Source of the DNA: Gemmatimonadota bacterium
Lineage (GTDB): Bacteria; Gemmatimonadota; Gemmatimonadetes; Gemmatimonadales; GWC2-71-9
Length of the DNA stretch: 64,000 bases
Direction: 5' to 3'
NCBI GenBank assembly: GCA_036679645.1
Contig: JAZDCY010000012.1
Location: 88,965-152,964 of the forward strand
In this document: positions 1-8,414 of the stretch, in pieces
How the letters are laid out: each line of letters starts with the position of its first letter
Numbering within the stretch: the first letter of the stretch is position 1
Program-made: the position numbers and the translations under genes
Notes under the pieces: model-generated
What the model was told of the DNA's origin: nothing
The model's input: the letters and a program-made list of their open reading frames with translations, nothing else
The model's database searches: none

Positions 1-393
1 AAAGGCGCCCGAAGCTCGTGCTGTGTGGAGGTTGTTGAATCCGTCGAACAAGGTGAGCCGCGCCGCAACGCTCTGGCTGGCGGAGCTGCGTCGAATGTCG
101 ATTGGTCTTGCAAACTCCAGAACCTGACCGAGCGAGTCTTCGCCGGTCACCGTGCGCGAATCGTTCCCGGTGAATGACAGGTTGGCAGTAAGCGTAGGGA
201 AAAACGCTCCCCAACCCGCCCGGACTTGTGCACCCTGGGAGCGTGCCGTGTTCACGGCCTGTAGGTACGTGGGGTTGCGATCACGAGCGATGTCCAACGC
301 ATCGGCGAGTGTCAATTGGGCCGGCACCTGCTGTGCTGCCATCGGCGTGGCGAGGGAGAGCCCCGCGACCACTGCGGTTACGAGAGACTTCAC
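1..393 (-). CDS. TolC-family outer-membrane efflux protein, N-terminal part (gene runs off the left edge)
   Basis: Absent from the ORF track because it is truncated. Reverse-strand translation from GTG at 393 gives VKSLVTAVVAGLSLATPMAAQQVPAQLTLADALDIARDRNPTYLQAVNTARSQGAQVRAGWGAFFPTLTANLSF. That is a signal peptide followed by the typical TolC/OprM N-terminal motif. The start makes a GTGA overlap (390-393) with the stop of the upstream MFP gene. Confidence 0.6.
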   Translation of the reverse strand, partial: MKSLVTAVVAGLSLATPMAAQQVPAQLTLADALDIARDRNPTYLQAVNTARSQGAQVRAGWGAFFPTLTANLSFTGNDSRTVTGEDSLGQVLEFARPIDIRRSSASQSVAARLTLFDGFNNLHTARASGAF

Positions 394-1616
394 TGTGGCC
401 TCCCACCAGCCGCGCGGACATTCTCGACCATCCGCACACGCGCGTCGTGGATCAGCGTATAGTGCCCGTCCGTAAGCACCCACTCCCCCGGCTGCACCAT
501 GTCAGTCTCTGGGTTCGCGACGATCTCGACGAGCGAATCGTTCGCGAGCCCCGTTGTCACATACCGCCATTTCGCAAGCCCGGTCCGCCCTTCCCCCTCG
601 AATACGAAGAGCATCGTGCGGCGATCCCGCTCGAGTACGGCGGCGCGCGGCACAAGGACCCGGTCGGCGAGCTTGCGGGCCTCCAACGACACTCGCGCGT
701 ACATGCCTGGCAAGATTCGCCCGCCGGGATTTTGCAGAGTGACGGTGACCTTGGCCGTGCGCGTCTCCGCACTGACCATGGGGTTGATGGTGGCAATCCG
801 TCCTCGAAACGTTTCGCCGGGAAACGCGGCAAAGGAAATCGCGGCGCGCCTTCCTTGGGCCAGGAGACCGATCTCGCTCTCGAGCACTTGCACCTCGACA
901 CGGATCGGATCGAGATCTACGACACTCATCAGCGGGTCGCCGACGCGGACTGTCTGTCCTTCGACGACTTCCAGCGACGCGATCCGCCCGGCAAACGGCG
1001 CGGTAATACGCGTCCGTTCGAGCTGCAGTTGCGCCTCGCGCACACCCACCTCCGCCTCGTCCAGACCGCTCTTTGCCCGTGCAACCCGGTCGCGTTCCGC
1101 GCGGATCTCCGGATCGGTGATCTGGTCGTCGAAGAGTGTCAGCTCGCGGTGGGAAGCCTGAGCGCGGGCAAGCGCCGCTTCTGCACGGGCGACACCCAAC
1201 GCGTATTCGGTCGAGTCGATGGTCATGAGCAAGCGACCGGTACGCACGACGCCATTCTCCTCGACCCGGACCGCCATGATCCGGCCCTGGACCTGGGCCA
1301 GGATTGGGGCCTCGCGCGCGGCGGCCGCTTGCGCCGCCGCCGACACGGACACCACGAGCGTGTCCCGCACCACCATCGCCCCTTCTACAGGGATTGCGAT
1401 GTTGGTCGCAAACGTGGCCGTCGCCGAAACCGACGGCGCCTCACCGTCGTCGTCCCCGGCAGCGCCAGGTGATTCGTCGCTACCCGAGAGGCGTAAGTAG
1501 ATCCCGCCTCCGAGCGCCATGACCACCACGGCGACGATAGAAAGCGAGATCCCTCGTCGAGACAATGCCATGAACACAGCTCCCGAAAGACTGAACGCCG
1601 ACCCTTCCCCCCTCAC
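390..1616 (-). CDS. Efflux transporter periplasmic adaptor subunit (HlyD/MFP family)
   Basis: 408-aa ORF with an N-terminal TM segment, a coiled-coil hairpin (ARAEAALARAQASHREL...EAQLQLERTRITAPFAGRI) and beta-barrel regions typical of RND/MFP adaptors. The more likely start is ATG at 1571, which is preceded by GGGAG. Confidence 0.85.
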   Translation of the reverse strand: MRGEGSAFSLSGAVFMALSRRGISLSIVAVVVMALGGGIYLRLSGSDESPGAAGDDDGEAPSVSATATFATNIAIPVEGAMVVRDTLVVSVSAAAQAAAAREAPILAQVQGRIMAVRVEENGVVRTGRLLMTIDSTEYALGVARAEAALARAQASHRELTLFDDQITDPEIRAERDRVARAKSGLDEAEVGVREAQLQLERTRITAPFAGRIASLEVVEGQTVRVGDPLMSVVDLDPIRVEVQVLESEIGLLAQGRRAAISFAAFPGETFRGRIATINPMVSAETRTAKVTVTLQNPGGRILPGMYARVSLEARKLADRVLVPRAAVLERDRRTMLFVFEGEGRTGLAKWRYVTTGLANDSLVEIVANPETDMVQPGEWVLTDGHYTLIHDARVRMVENVRAAGGRPQ

Positions 1617-1767
1617 TACCCACCGCCGGCTACATCCCTTCAGCAGAACCTAAGCACCCAACGCGGCGATCGCCGGTGCCATCCGGACACAACCGTCGCT
1701 CGGTGCCAATAGATGCGGCCCACCGGCGGATGGTTGCAAACCGTCCCGAGCCGGCGGGCAGGATTGC

Positions 1768-2832
1768 TCACCGATCGGGCGGCAGCACGTCGTGAACGGT
1801 GACCTCATCACCCTGGAGGAGATACATCCGGTCCCCGCGCAGGATCGCCACCGGGGGTCGGTAGGGCTGTCCGACCGACGGGTCACTCCGGATCTCACGG
1901 GCCTCGTTAGTCGCCGGGTTCACCAGCAGGGCAAAAACACGATCCCGCATAGGCAGCGTCAACAGTAGGAGATCGTCGTCGGTGACGGTGAGATCGCCCT
2001 TAGTATAGACCCAGCCCTCACCGGTGCCGCCGAAATCGCTCGCGACCAAAGCGGCGCGCTCCCGCAACAATTGCCGGATCTCCGACGGGAGGCGCGCGAT
2101 CCCGAGCCGCTCGCCCGACGGTGCGAACTGAACGAATGCACCGAGATGATAGTCGACTACGTGCACGCGGCCGTCGCTCGTGACCGCCACGCGCTCCTGT
2201 CCGAGTCCGCGATACCGGCCGACGAAGTCCTCCGGAGGATAGAGTTCGATGGGCCGCTCTCCGAACGGAGTGGCTCCACTCGTCTCGTCCACCGCGACCA
2301 GGTATTGGGAGAGATCGCCGGAGACCACATAGAAGATGCCGGAAGGCGCGACGGCAAAGTCGTTATTGCCCGATGGCACAGGGAATGACCGTTCGAAGGA
2401 GCCATCGGCCTTGAAAACGGAGATGCGTCGGTTGTTGATCTCGCTGACCGCAATGCGGTCGTCGGACGCGTCCATGTGCAGCACTCCGCGCAATTCCCCC
2501 GGGCCCGCTCCCTCGCGACCGATCGTCGACGTGGCGCGAAATGCCTCATTGAACAGGACGATTCGCGACGAGCGGTTTTCGAGCACCGCCAACCGGCCCC
2601 GTACGATCCGAATGTCCGTGCCCCGGGCGAACCCAAACCCGTCATTCTCCGGAGAAATTGTCGACTCGAGGATGTGGGGGCCCACGGTCACCGGTGGGCT
2701 GACCATTGTAAGGGCAGTACCGATGGACTCCGGCGTGTCGCCTTTACATGCCCCCATCACTACCATGGCTGCTGCCGCAGCCAGCCCGACCGTTCCCCGA
2801 CAGATAGTCATTGTCATGCCCTCGCCTCTCAT
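1768..2832 (-). CDS. Lipoprotein, six-bladed beta-propeller-like (NHL/TolB-like), function unknown
   Basis: 354-aa ORF with a lipobox-like N-terminus (AAAAMVVMGACKGD) and a repetitive beta-strand-rich body. ATG at 2817 or 2811 are alternative starts, with GAGG upstream. Confidence 0.7.
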   Translation of the reverse strand: MRGEGMTMTICRGTVGLAAAAAMVVMGACKGDTPESIGTALTMVSPPVTVGPHILESTISPENDGFGFARGTDIRIVRGRLAVLENRSSRIVLFNEAFRATSTIGREGAGPGELRGVLHMDASDDRIAVSEINNRRISVFKADGSFERSFPVPSGNNDFAVAPSGIFYVVSGDLSQYLVAVDETSGATPFGERPIELYPPEDFVGRYRGLGQERVAVTSDGRVHVVDYHLGAFVQFAPSGERLGIARLPSEIRQLLRERAALVASDFGGTGEGWVYTKGDLTVTDDDLLLLTLPMRDRVFALLVNPATNEAREIRSDPSVGQPYRPPVAILRGDRMYLLQGDEVTVHDVLPPDR

Positions 2833-2888
2833 TGGAAGGGATGGGCCCGCGCCCCACGCGCGGACCCGTCCCTCCCTCGCTCAATTCT

Positions 2889-3068
2889 CTATGCAGCCGA
2901 TCCCGTGGCACAATTGACCACCATCGTGTTCCCGTTGCTGCTCGTGTAGGTTCCCCTGTAGAACGTCACACTCGTCTCTGTGGTCGTCTCCGATCCGCCG
3001 GAGAGCGTAATGGCCCCCCAGAGTATTGAAACGCCCGAACTGACGGTGGTGATCGTTGTCACCGTCAC
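2889..3068 (-). CDS. Small Thr/Ser-rich ORF (59 aa), or the C-terminal part of a frameshifted secreted protein
   Basis: From GTG at 3068: VTVTTITTVSSGVSILWGAITLSGGSETTTETSVTFYRGTYTSSNGNTMVVNCATGSAA. Third-codon positions are GC-rich only in this frame here. The N-terminal 77 aa of the 136-aa track ORF (2889..3299) look like off-frame noise. GTGA overlap with the upstream mini-ORF. Confidence 0.45.
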   Translation of the reverse strand: MTVTTITTVSSGVSILWGAITLSGGSETTTETSVTFYRGTYTSSNGNTMVVNCATGSAA

Positions 3069-3220
3069 GAGTTCTTGCCCTCGAAGTTCGAGAGATCTCC
3101 GGTCGTGCCGCCCGTGCCAAACTGGGAGCACTGGGTGGGCTCCGCGCGAAGCTCGCCGGCGAGCCCAATACTGAGCACAGCAATGAAGAGTGCTGCGCAC
3201 GTGCTTCTGCCTATCATCAT
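3065..3220 (-). CDS. Small secreted peptide ORF (51 aa) with signal peptide
   Basis: Below the track's size cut-off. GGAGG (3226-3230, reverse strand) lies 5 nt upstream of ATGATG (3215-3220). Translation: MMIGRSTCAALFIAVLSIGLAGELRAEPTQCSQFGTGGTTGDLSNFEGKNS. Third positions are GC-rich. The stop TGA (3065-3067) overlaps GTG (3066-3068) of the next ORF. Confidence 0.45.
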   Translation of the reverse strand: MMIGRSTCAALFIAVLSIGLAGELRAEPTQCSQFGTGGTTGDLSNFEGKNS

Positions 3221-3407
3221 CTATACCTCCACACACGCCATATGACGCATGGTTGATGGGTAAGGCGGGCCCCCAGTTCGGGTCCCGCGCTGCCGCCATG
3301 ATGGCACGCGTCAGCCGCTGGAGTGCTACCGATTTGTCCCCACACCAAACCCTTTCCTCGCCCTCACCATTGCACCGACCCCCCGGGAGACCGCATATAC
3401 TGATCTC

Positions 3408-4265
3408 ATGTCATCCTCCCAGGCGATGCGAGCGACCGTGGCGGTGTGTATCAGCACTGCGGGCGCGCGGGACCGCGTTCGGCGTGCCCTTGCCGAGCGG
3501 GACCTCGATATCGTTTTCGTGACCCCGGAGGAACTCGCCTTCGAGCCGACCGTGGTCGCCGGCTATCTCGGCGTGGTCTACGACCTGGAGCCATTGACGT
3601 CCGCAAGCGTGGAGCTTGTCGCTGCCCTCCGCTCCCGACAACCGTGGATGCCCATTCTTCTTTATCCTGCGCTCAACGACGGGGTGCTGGAGCTGACCCT
3701 GGGGATCGGCGGCATCGCTGGCGTGTCAGCCAAGGGGCAGATGTGCGACAGGTTTGAGGTAGGTCGTCTGAAGGGGTTTGTCGAACGGTGCCTCGGGGCG
3801 GCACCGACTGCACGGGTCACGGCGCTCGTCTCGCTGCTCCTCGCCGACGCGCCGACGCGCGTCATCGAATTCGCGCGCATCGCCGTGCACCGGCTAGCTC
3901 AGCCGAACTGCGACCGCACTGTGATGGGACTCGCAGCCGCACTGGAACTCACTCCGCGATCACTCCAGCGGACATGGCCACGACAGGATCTGCCCCAACC
4001 CAAAGAGCTCCTCGACTGGCTCGTGCTACTGGTCGTGGCCCACGTTGCTGCGTGGAGTGGCGTCACGGTCCGCACAGTATCCCGGACCCTTGGCGTCGAA
4101 CCGAGTTCGTTCTACCGGCTGCGGCGGCGGCTGATGCCCAAGACGCCGCGGCCAGGTGGCGACCAAACGGGCGAAGAATTCGACCTGGTCCTCCTCGCGT
4201 TTGCCCAACGTTGTCGCGTGTCCCGTCGGCGCGCCAACGACATCATCCGGAGCGCCGCCAGCTAA
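3408..4265 (+). CDS. Hypothetical protein, possible DNA-binding regulator (C-terminal HTH-like segment)
   Basis: 285-aa ORF with coding-like composition. The C-terminal region (VTVRTVSRTLGVEPSSFYRLRRRL) resembles a helix-turn-helix. No family recognised. Confidence 0.5.
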   Translation: MSSSQAMRATVAVCISTAGARDRVRRALAERDLDIVFVTPEELAFEPTVVAGYLGVVYDLEPLTSASVELVAALRSRQPWMPILLYPALNDGVLELTLGIGGIAGVSAKGQMCDRFEVGRLKGFVERCLGAAPTARVTALVSLLLADAPTRVIEFARIAVHRLAQPNCDRTVMGLAAALELTPRSLQRTWPRQDLPQPKELLDWLVLLVVAHVAAWSGVTVRTVSRTLGVEPSSFYRLRRRLMPKTPRPGGDQTGEEFDLVLLAFAQRCRVSRRRANDIIRSAAS

Positions 4266-4408
4266 CCTCGGCGCGCACGATCAGCGGGATCGCGCTCGGG
4301 CCCCGTAGTTCCGTTGCGCACAATTTTTCCGTCCCATCTCATGTGCAACCCTCCCGGTGCGTCGTGCGTCTAATAAGGCAGAGACGGGACACCAAATGAG
4401 GGCTTCGG

Positions 4409-4612
4409 ATGATGATGATCGTAAATCTGTTGCAGGGCATCCAGCGGTGGAGAGGGCCGACAGCGCGCATGGTGCTTCAGCAGGCGCGGTACGCACCGGA
4501 GTTGGTCTTGCGCGATCGGGACGGGACCGTCCTGGGATCGGTTACCCGACCGGTTGGCACACCCTCGTTCGGGACGAACGCTCCTGCGCTGTTGTTGCAG
4601 CGCGACTTCTGA
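4409..4612 (+). CDS. Hypothetical small protein (67 aa)
   Basis: GAGGG lies 6 nt upstream of ATGATGATG. Third positions are GC-rich and a hairpin follows the stop. No recognisable family. Confidence 0.3.
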   Translation: MMMIVNLLQGIQRWRGPTARMVLQQARYAPELVLRDRDGTVLGSVTRPVGTPSFGTNAPALLLQRDF

Positions 4613-4647
4613 TCAGCGGGGCTCTCGGCCCCTGAGGGTATAAATGA

Positions 4648-4676
4648 AGCCCCGAGGCGCCACGCGCTTCGGGGCT
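4648..4676. terminator. Hairpin between convergent genes (putative bidirectional terminator)
   Basis: AGCCCCGA (4648-4655) pairs perfectly with TCGGGGCT (4669-4676) around a 13-nt loop. It is followed by GTTT on the + strand and by a T-rich run (TTCATTTA) on the - strand. It sits between the 4409..4612 ORF (+) and the dehydrogenase gene (-). Confidence 0.45.
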
Positions 4677-4696
4677 GTTTGCTGCTCCCACACGTC

Positions 4697-5752
4697 TTAC
4701 TCGCCCATATCGACGACCAGTTTGCCAAAGTGCGCTCCGCTCTCCAGGCACCGAAACGCATCGATCGCGTTCTCGAATCGATGCACGGAGTCGACTAGCG
4801 GCCGCAGCTTGCCCTGGCCGAGCAGCCGCACGATTTCCCGGTATTCCTGCGCACTCCCCATCGTGGACCCAATGATCGAGTGCTGGTACCAGAAGAGACG
4901 TCGGAGATCAATGGACACCATCGGACCGGTCGTCGCTCCGCATGTCACGAGGCGGCCGTTGGGTGCAAGAAGTTTGACCGATTGGTCCCAGGTCGCCTCC
5001 CCCACGTTCTCGATCACGATGTCGACACCGCGCTCTTGCGTGAGTGCTCGGACCGCCTTCGCGATGTTCGTGGTGCGGTGGTTGAGCACGACATCCGCTC
5101 CTAGGGTTTCCGCGCGTGCCAGTTTCTCGTCGCTCGACGACGTTGCGATCACGAACGCCCCCGCGAGCTTCGCGATCCGCAACGCCACCCCCGATACACC
5201 TCCCCCAATACCCCAGATCAACACCGACTCACCAGGGCTCAGTTTTGCCCGCGTCATGAGCATCCGCCACGCGGTGAGCGTGACGAGCGAGAACGCGGCG
5301 GCCTCTGCCCACGAAAGCCGCTCCGTGCCCTCAGGCTGGTCGGGAATGTTGAAGACATTCTGGTGCGGGACCACGATGTACTCGGCGAGTGTCCCCGGCA
5401 GATGCTCGCCCAGGAGCCTGTACGTCGTACACAGCGAATGCTGTCCGGCGTGGCAATACCGGCAATCGTAGCACGAGATGCCCGGGTTGAACATCACGCG
5501 ATCTCCCGGAGCGACACGCGTCACTGCGCTTCCCACGCCGTCCACCGTGCCGGCTCCGTCGCCGCCGATGATATGCGGAAACACGAGTTCGAGACCGGGA
5601 AGTCCTCGTACGGTCCAGAGATCGAGATGGTTGAGTCCGGCTGCCCGGAGGCGCACGCGAACATCTCCTGGCCGTCGGACCTCCGGCGCCGGGACGTCGG
5701 CAGTTTCCAACTGGGAAAGGTCGCCGTGACCGCGCAGGACCAACGCTTTCAT
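4697..5752 (-). CDS. Zinc-binding alcohol dehydrogenase / quinone oxidoreductase family (MDR superfamily)
   Basis: MKALVLRGHGDLSQLE... N-terminus, a GroES-like domain with a Cys-rich structural-Zn loop (CYDCRYCHAGQHSLC), and Rossmann motif IWGIGGGVSGVA. ATG at 5752 was chosen because the longer track ORF would overlap the upstream gene. Confidence 0.85.
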   Translation of the reverse strand: MKALVLRGHGDLSQLETADVPAPEVRRPGDVRVRLRAAGLNHLDLWTVRGLPGLELVFPHIIGGDGAGTVDGVGSAVTRVAPGDRVMFNPGISCYDCRYCHAGQHSLCTTYRLLGEHLPGTLAEYIVVPHQNVFNIPDQPEGTERLSWAEAAAFSLVTLTAWRMLMTRAKLSPGESVLIWGIGGGVSGVALRIAKLAGAFVIATSSSDEKLARAETLGADVVLNHRTTNIAKAVRALTQERGVDIVIENVGEATWDQSVKLLAPNGRLVTCGATTGPMVSIDLRRLFWYQHSIIGSTMGSAQEYREIVRLLGQGKLRPLVDSVHRFENAIDAFRCLESGAHFGKLVVDMGE

Positions 5753-5771
5753 TGACGGATGCGACGCGGAA

Positions 5772-8030
5772 TCAACGACGGTGGGGACGGAACGCGGGTC
5801 CGGATTGCTGTTCCGCGGCATCCTGTCGCGGTATCTCCACGGGGGCAGCGCCGAGGACGACCGCCACGAGGTAGATCTTGCGCGAGATGCCGCCACCCGA
5901 CTCGAAGGCGCTCACCTCGAGGGCAAGCTCTCCACCGTCGGGGGCAATGGCAAAATCGGTCACAGCCAATCCCTCAGGGCTGATTGGACTTGCGGTGCCT
6001 GCGGTGAGATCGTGCCTGATTACCTGTGCGGCTACGGTGCTGCCGCTCGTCTGCTCGCGAATGTACGCCAACTGCCTGCTGGGGAACCACGCGGCATGGG
6101 TCTCCTTCGGCGCCGACTGGGTCACGTTGCGCTGGTCGGTGCCGTCCATGTCCATGAGGTAGATCTCGTAGTTCGCATCGCGGGTGGACGTAAAAGCAAT
6201 CGTCCCACCGTCAGGAGAGACAGCCGGCTCGAAGTTCGTGGCGTCGCCGCTCGTGAGTTGCCGCGGATTCGAGCCGTCGGCGTTCATGATCCAGATCTGT
6301 GCGCGTTGGCCGCGCGCGCGCGGCTGGGAGACATAGACGATCTGGGCACCATCGGGTGTCCACGTGGGACCGTCCTCGTTGGCGTCCTCGGTGGTCGTCA
6401 GGCGCTGGGTATCGGTGCCATCGGCATTTGCCACGTAGACATCCAGACCCCCATCCCGTGACGACACGAACGCAATGCGCGACCCGTCCGGCGAGAAAGC
6501 ACCAGCCACGTCCACCCCCCCCGAGTCGATCACGACCGGGTTCAGGACGCCGGGGGAGGATCGATCCAGCGTGTACAGGTCGGGCTTGCCCTCCCGCGTG
6601 GACGCGATCAGGATCTCCCCCTGCACAAAGACACGGGCTGTATCGACGCTTCCCCAGGGCGTCGTCGCGATCACCGTGGCCGTACCGACTCCCGTTCCCG
6701 TCACGACGCCGCTCGCGGTGACCGAGGCGACGTTCTCGTCGCTCGAGACCCACGTCACGCTGGTCGCCGGTCCGATCGGGGTGCCGGCCAGGTCGGTGAA
6801 GGCCACCTCGACGGCCAGCGTCTCGCCCACACCAATGCCAAATCGACGCGGATCGGCCAGGAGGCCACCTGCGATGACCTCGATCTGCCAGGTAACTTCG
6901 GGGAGACCTGGCGGCCCTACCAGTTGCAATTCCGTATCTCCAATGACCTTTCCGGAGAGGACCTGCGAAGTGCCGTCAAAACTGGCGATGGATGTGTCGA
7001 GCACCGTCCAGATGAGTGGCGCTTCCGGCACCGGACTTCCGTCTTCCGCCAGCGCACGGACATCGAACTGCACCGTTCCGCCCATCGGGGCCACTACAGG
7101 ACCGCCGCTGGGACGGGGCAATGCGGTCAACTCGGCCACGGGCCGGTGTACGAGCACCGGCAGCGTCTGCTCCTGCAGGAAACCGCTGGTCGTAATGGTC
7201 GCCCGTCCCGCGGCCACCGCTACAGCAACACCCAACTGCGTGACGCGGACGACCGACTCGTCACTAGAGCGCCAAGAAAGTGCGTTATTGGGCAACGATC
7301 TATTGTTCTGACTTGCGACGACGACTTCCACGGTAGTCTCGACCCCGGGAGACAGCGACAGGACCGGCACGGAGAACCCGAATGGTGCCGACGAGACCTG
7401 CACTGGCGCTCTCGCGACGAGCCCGCCAGGAGTGCTCGCCGTAACGATCCCCTGGCCCTGCGAAATGGCGACTACCAGTCCGTCGTCGCTGACGGTCGCG
7501 ACGGTGGGGCTCAGCGACAGCCAGTTCACCGTAGTAGGAGCGGCAAGCGATCCGTCGTCCTTGAAGAATACTGGAATCAGTTGCCGCGATTCCGCGGGCA
7601 GCATGAGGATGTTGCCCGGCTCGATCTGGATGACCGTGGCTTGTCCCGTACCGGCCTGAGCGCGTGCACCATCCGGCACACCGCCCGCCGCTACCACCTG
7701 CACCGCCGCGGTCCCCGATCGACTCCCTATCCGCGCCTCGACCCGTGCTACGCCTGGGCCCACGGCAACGAGTGTGGCGACATCCGACGATGCCTCATCG
7801 ACCGTGACGCGCACGACATTCGGATTGCTGCTGGTCCAGCGAAACTGCTGTCCGACCAGGACGTTGCCGTTCGCATCGTAGGCGGTCGCGAAGACGCCCC
7901 CGTCCTGACCAACCGCAAGCGTCACCGTTGGCGGAGACACCTGGACCTCGGACACACCCTGCGCCGCCGACGGTTGCACGGTGACCGCAAGGCAGATCAG
8001 AGCACCGGAGATCCTGCGAAAGACACCCAT
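5772..8030 (-). CDS. Secreted protein with several Big_2 Ig-like domains and a C-terminal TolB-like PD40 beta-propeller
   Basis: Signal peptide MGVFRRISGALICLAVTVQPSAAQG from ATG 8030. Repeated Ig-like modules (e.g. VRVTVDEASSDVATLVAVGPGVARV). PD40 repeats (FSPDGSRIAFVSSRDG, WTPDGAQIVYVS, VSPDGGTIAFTSTRDANYEIYLMDMDG). Confidence 0.8.
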   Translation of the reverse strand: MGVFRRISGALICLAVTVQPSAAQGVSEVQVSPPTVTLAVGQDGGVFATAYDANGNVLVGQQFRWTSSNPNVVRVTVDEASSDVATLVAVGPGVARVEARIGSRSGTAAVQVVAAGGVPDGARAQAGTGQATVIQIEPGNILMLPAESRQLIPVFFKDDGSLAAPTTVNWLSLSPTVATVSDDGLVVAISQGQGIVTASTPGGLVARAPVQVSSAPFGFSVPVLSLSPGVETTVEVVVASQNNRSLPNNALSWRSSDESVVRVTQLGVAVAVAAGRATITTSGFLQEQTLPVLVHRPVAELTALPRPSGGPVVAPMGGTVQFDVRALAEDGSPVPEAPLIWTVLDTSIASFDGTSQVLSGKVIGDTELQLVGPPGLPEVTWQIEVIAGGLLADPRRFGIGVGETLAVEVAFTDLAGTPIGPATSVTWVSSDENVASVTASGVVTGTGVGTATVIATTPWGSVDTARVFVQGEILIASTREGKPDLYTLDRSSPGVLNPVVIDSGGVDVAGAFSPDGSRIAFVSSRDGGLDVYVANADGTDTQRLTTTEDANEDGPTWTPDGAQIVYVSQPRARGQRAQIWIMNADGSNPRQLTSGDATNFEPAVSPDGGTIAFTSTRDANYEIYLMDMDGTDQRNVTQSAPKETHAAWFPSRQLAYIREQTSGSTVAAQVIRHDLTAGTASPISPEGLAVTDFAIAPDGGELALEVSAFESGGGISRKIYLVAVVLGAAPVEIPRQDAAEQQSGPAFRPHRR

Positions 8031-8414
8031 CGTTGCCGCCCGTGGCCCGGAGGGCCTAACCGCCGAAGAACGTTGAAGATACGTGGCGCAACGTAGTGGT
8101 CGGCCAGCACCCATGTCAAGGCGAAACACGCGGCTGCGCGCGGGACGGACATCCCAGCACTCACTTGCGGTGCACCCGTCCCGAGGGAGAGACTTCGCGT
8201 CCTACATAGTCGTTCCCAATTTCGGAGTGATGCCCATGTCGATAGTCGAGGACCTCACCCAGGCGGGCGTCGGGGGTCCGGGCATGTGGGACCCGATGCC
8301 GGTCCCACAGCCGATCAAACACGAGCCGGCGGAGCGTTCCTCACCCGCAAGACCAGCCGCCCGCAAGCGCGCGACGAAGTCCTCTAGCAGCCGGATCACG
8401 AAACGCTAGGTCAC

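Noticed and set aside
228-1472. 414-aa + strand ORF (and 499..1161, 152..475) overlapping the MFP gene
   Set aside because: Arg/Pro/Gly-rich, low-complexity translation with no motifs, lying antisense to a gene with a clear HlyD/MFP signature. A typical high-GC shadow ORF.
8083-8409. Small ORFs on both strands (108 aa on +, 65 aa on -) between the Big_2/PD40 gene and the amidohydrolase
   Set aside because: Both frames have similarly high GC3 and neither shows a recognisable motif. I cannot decide from sequence alone, so neither was called.
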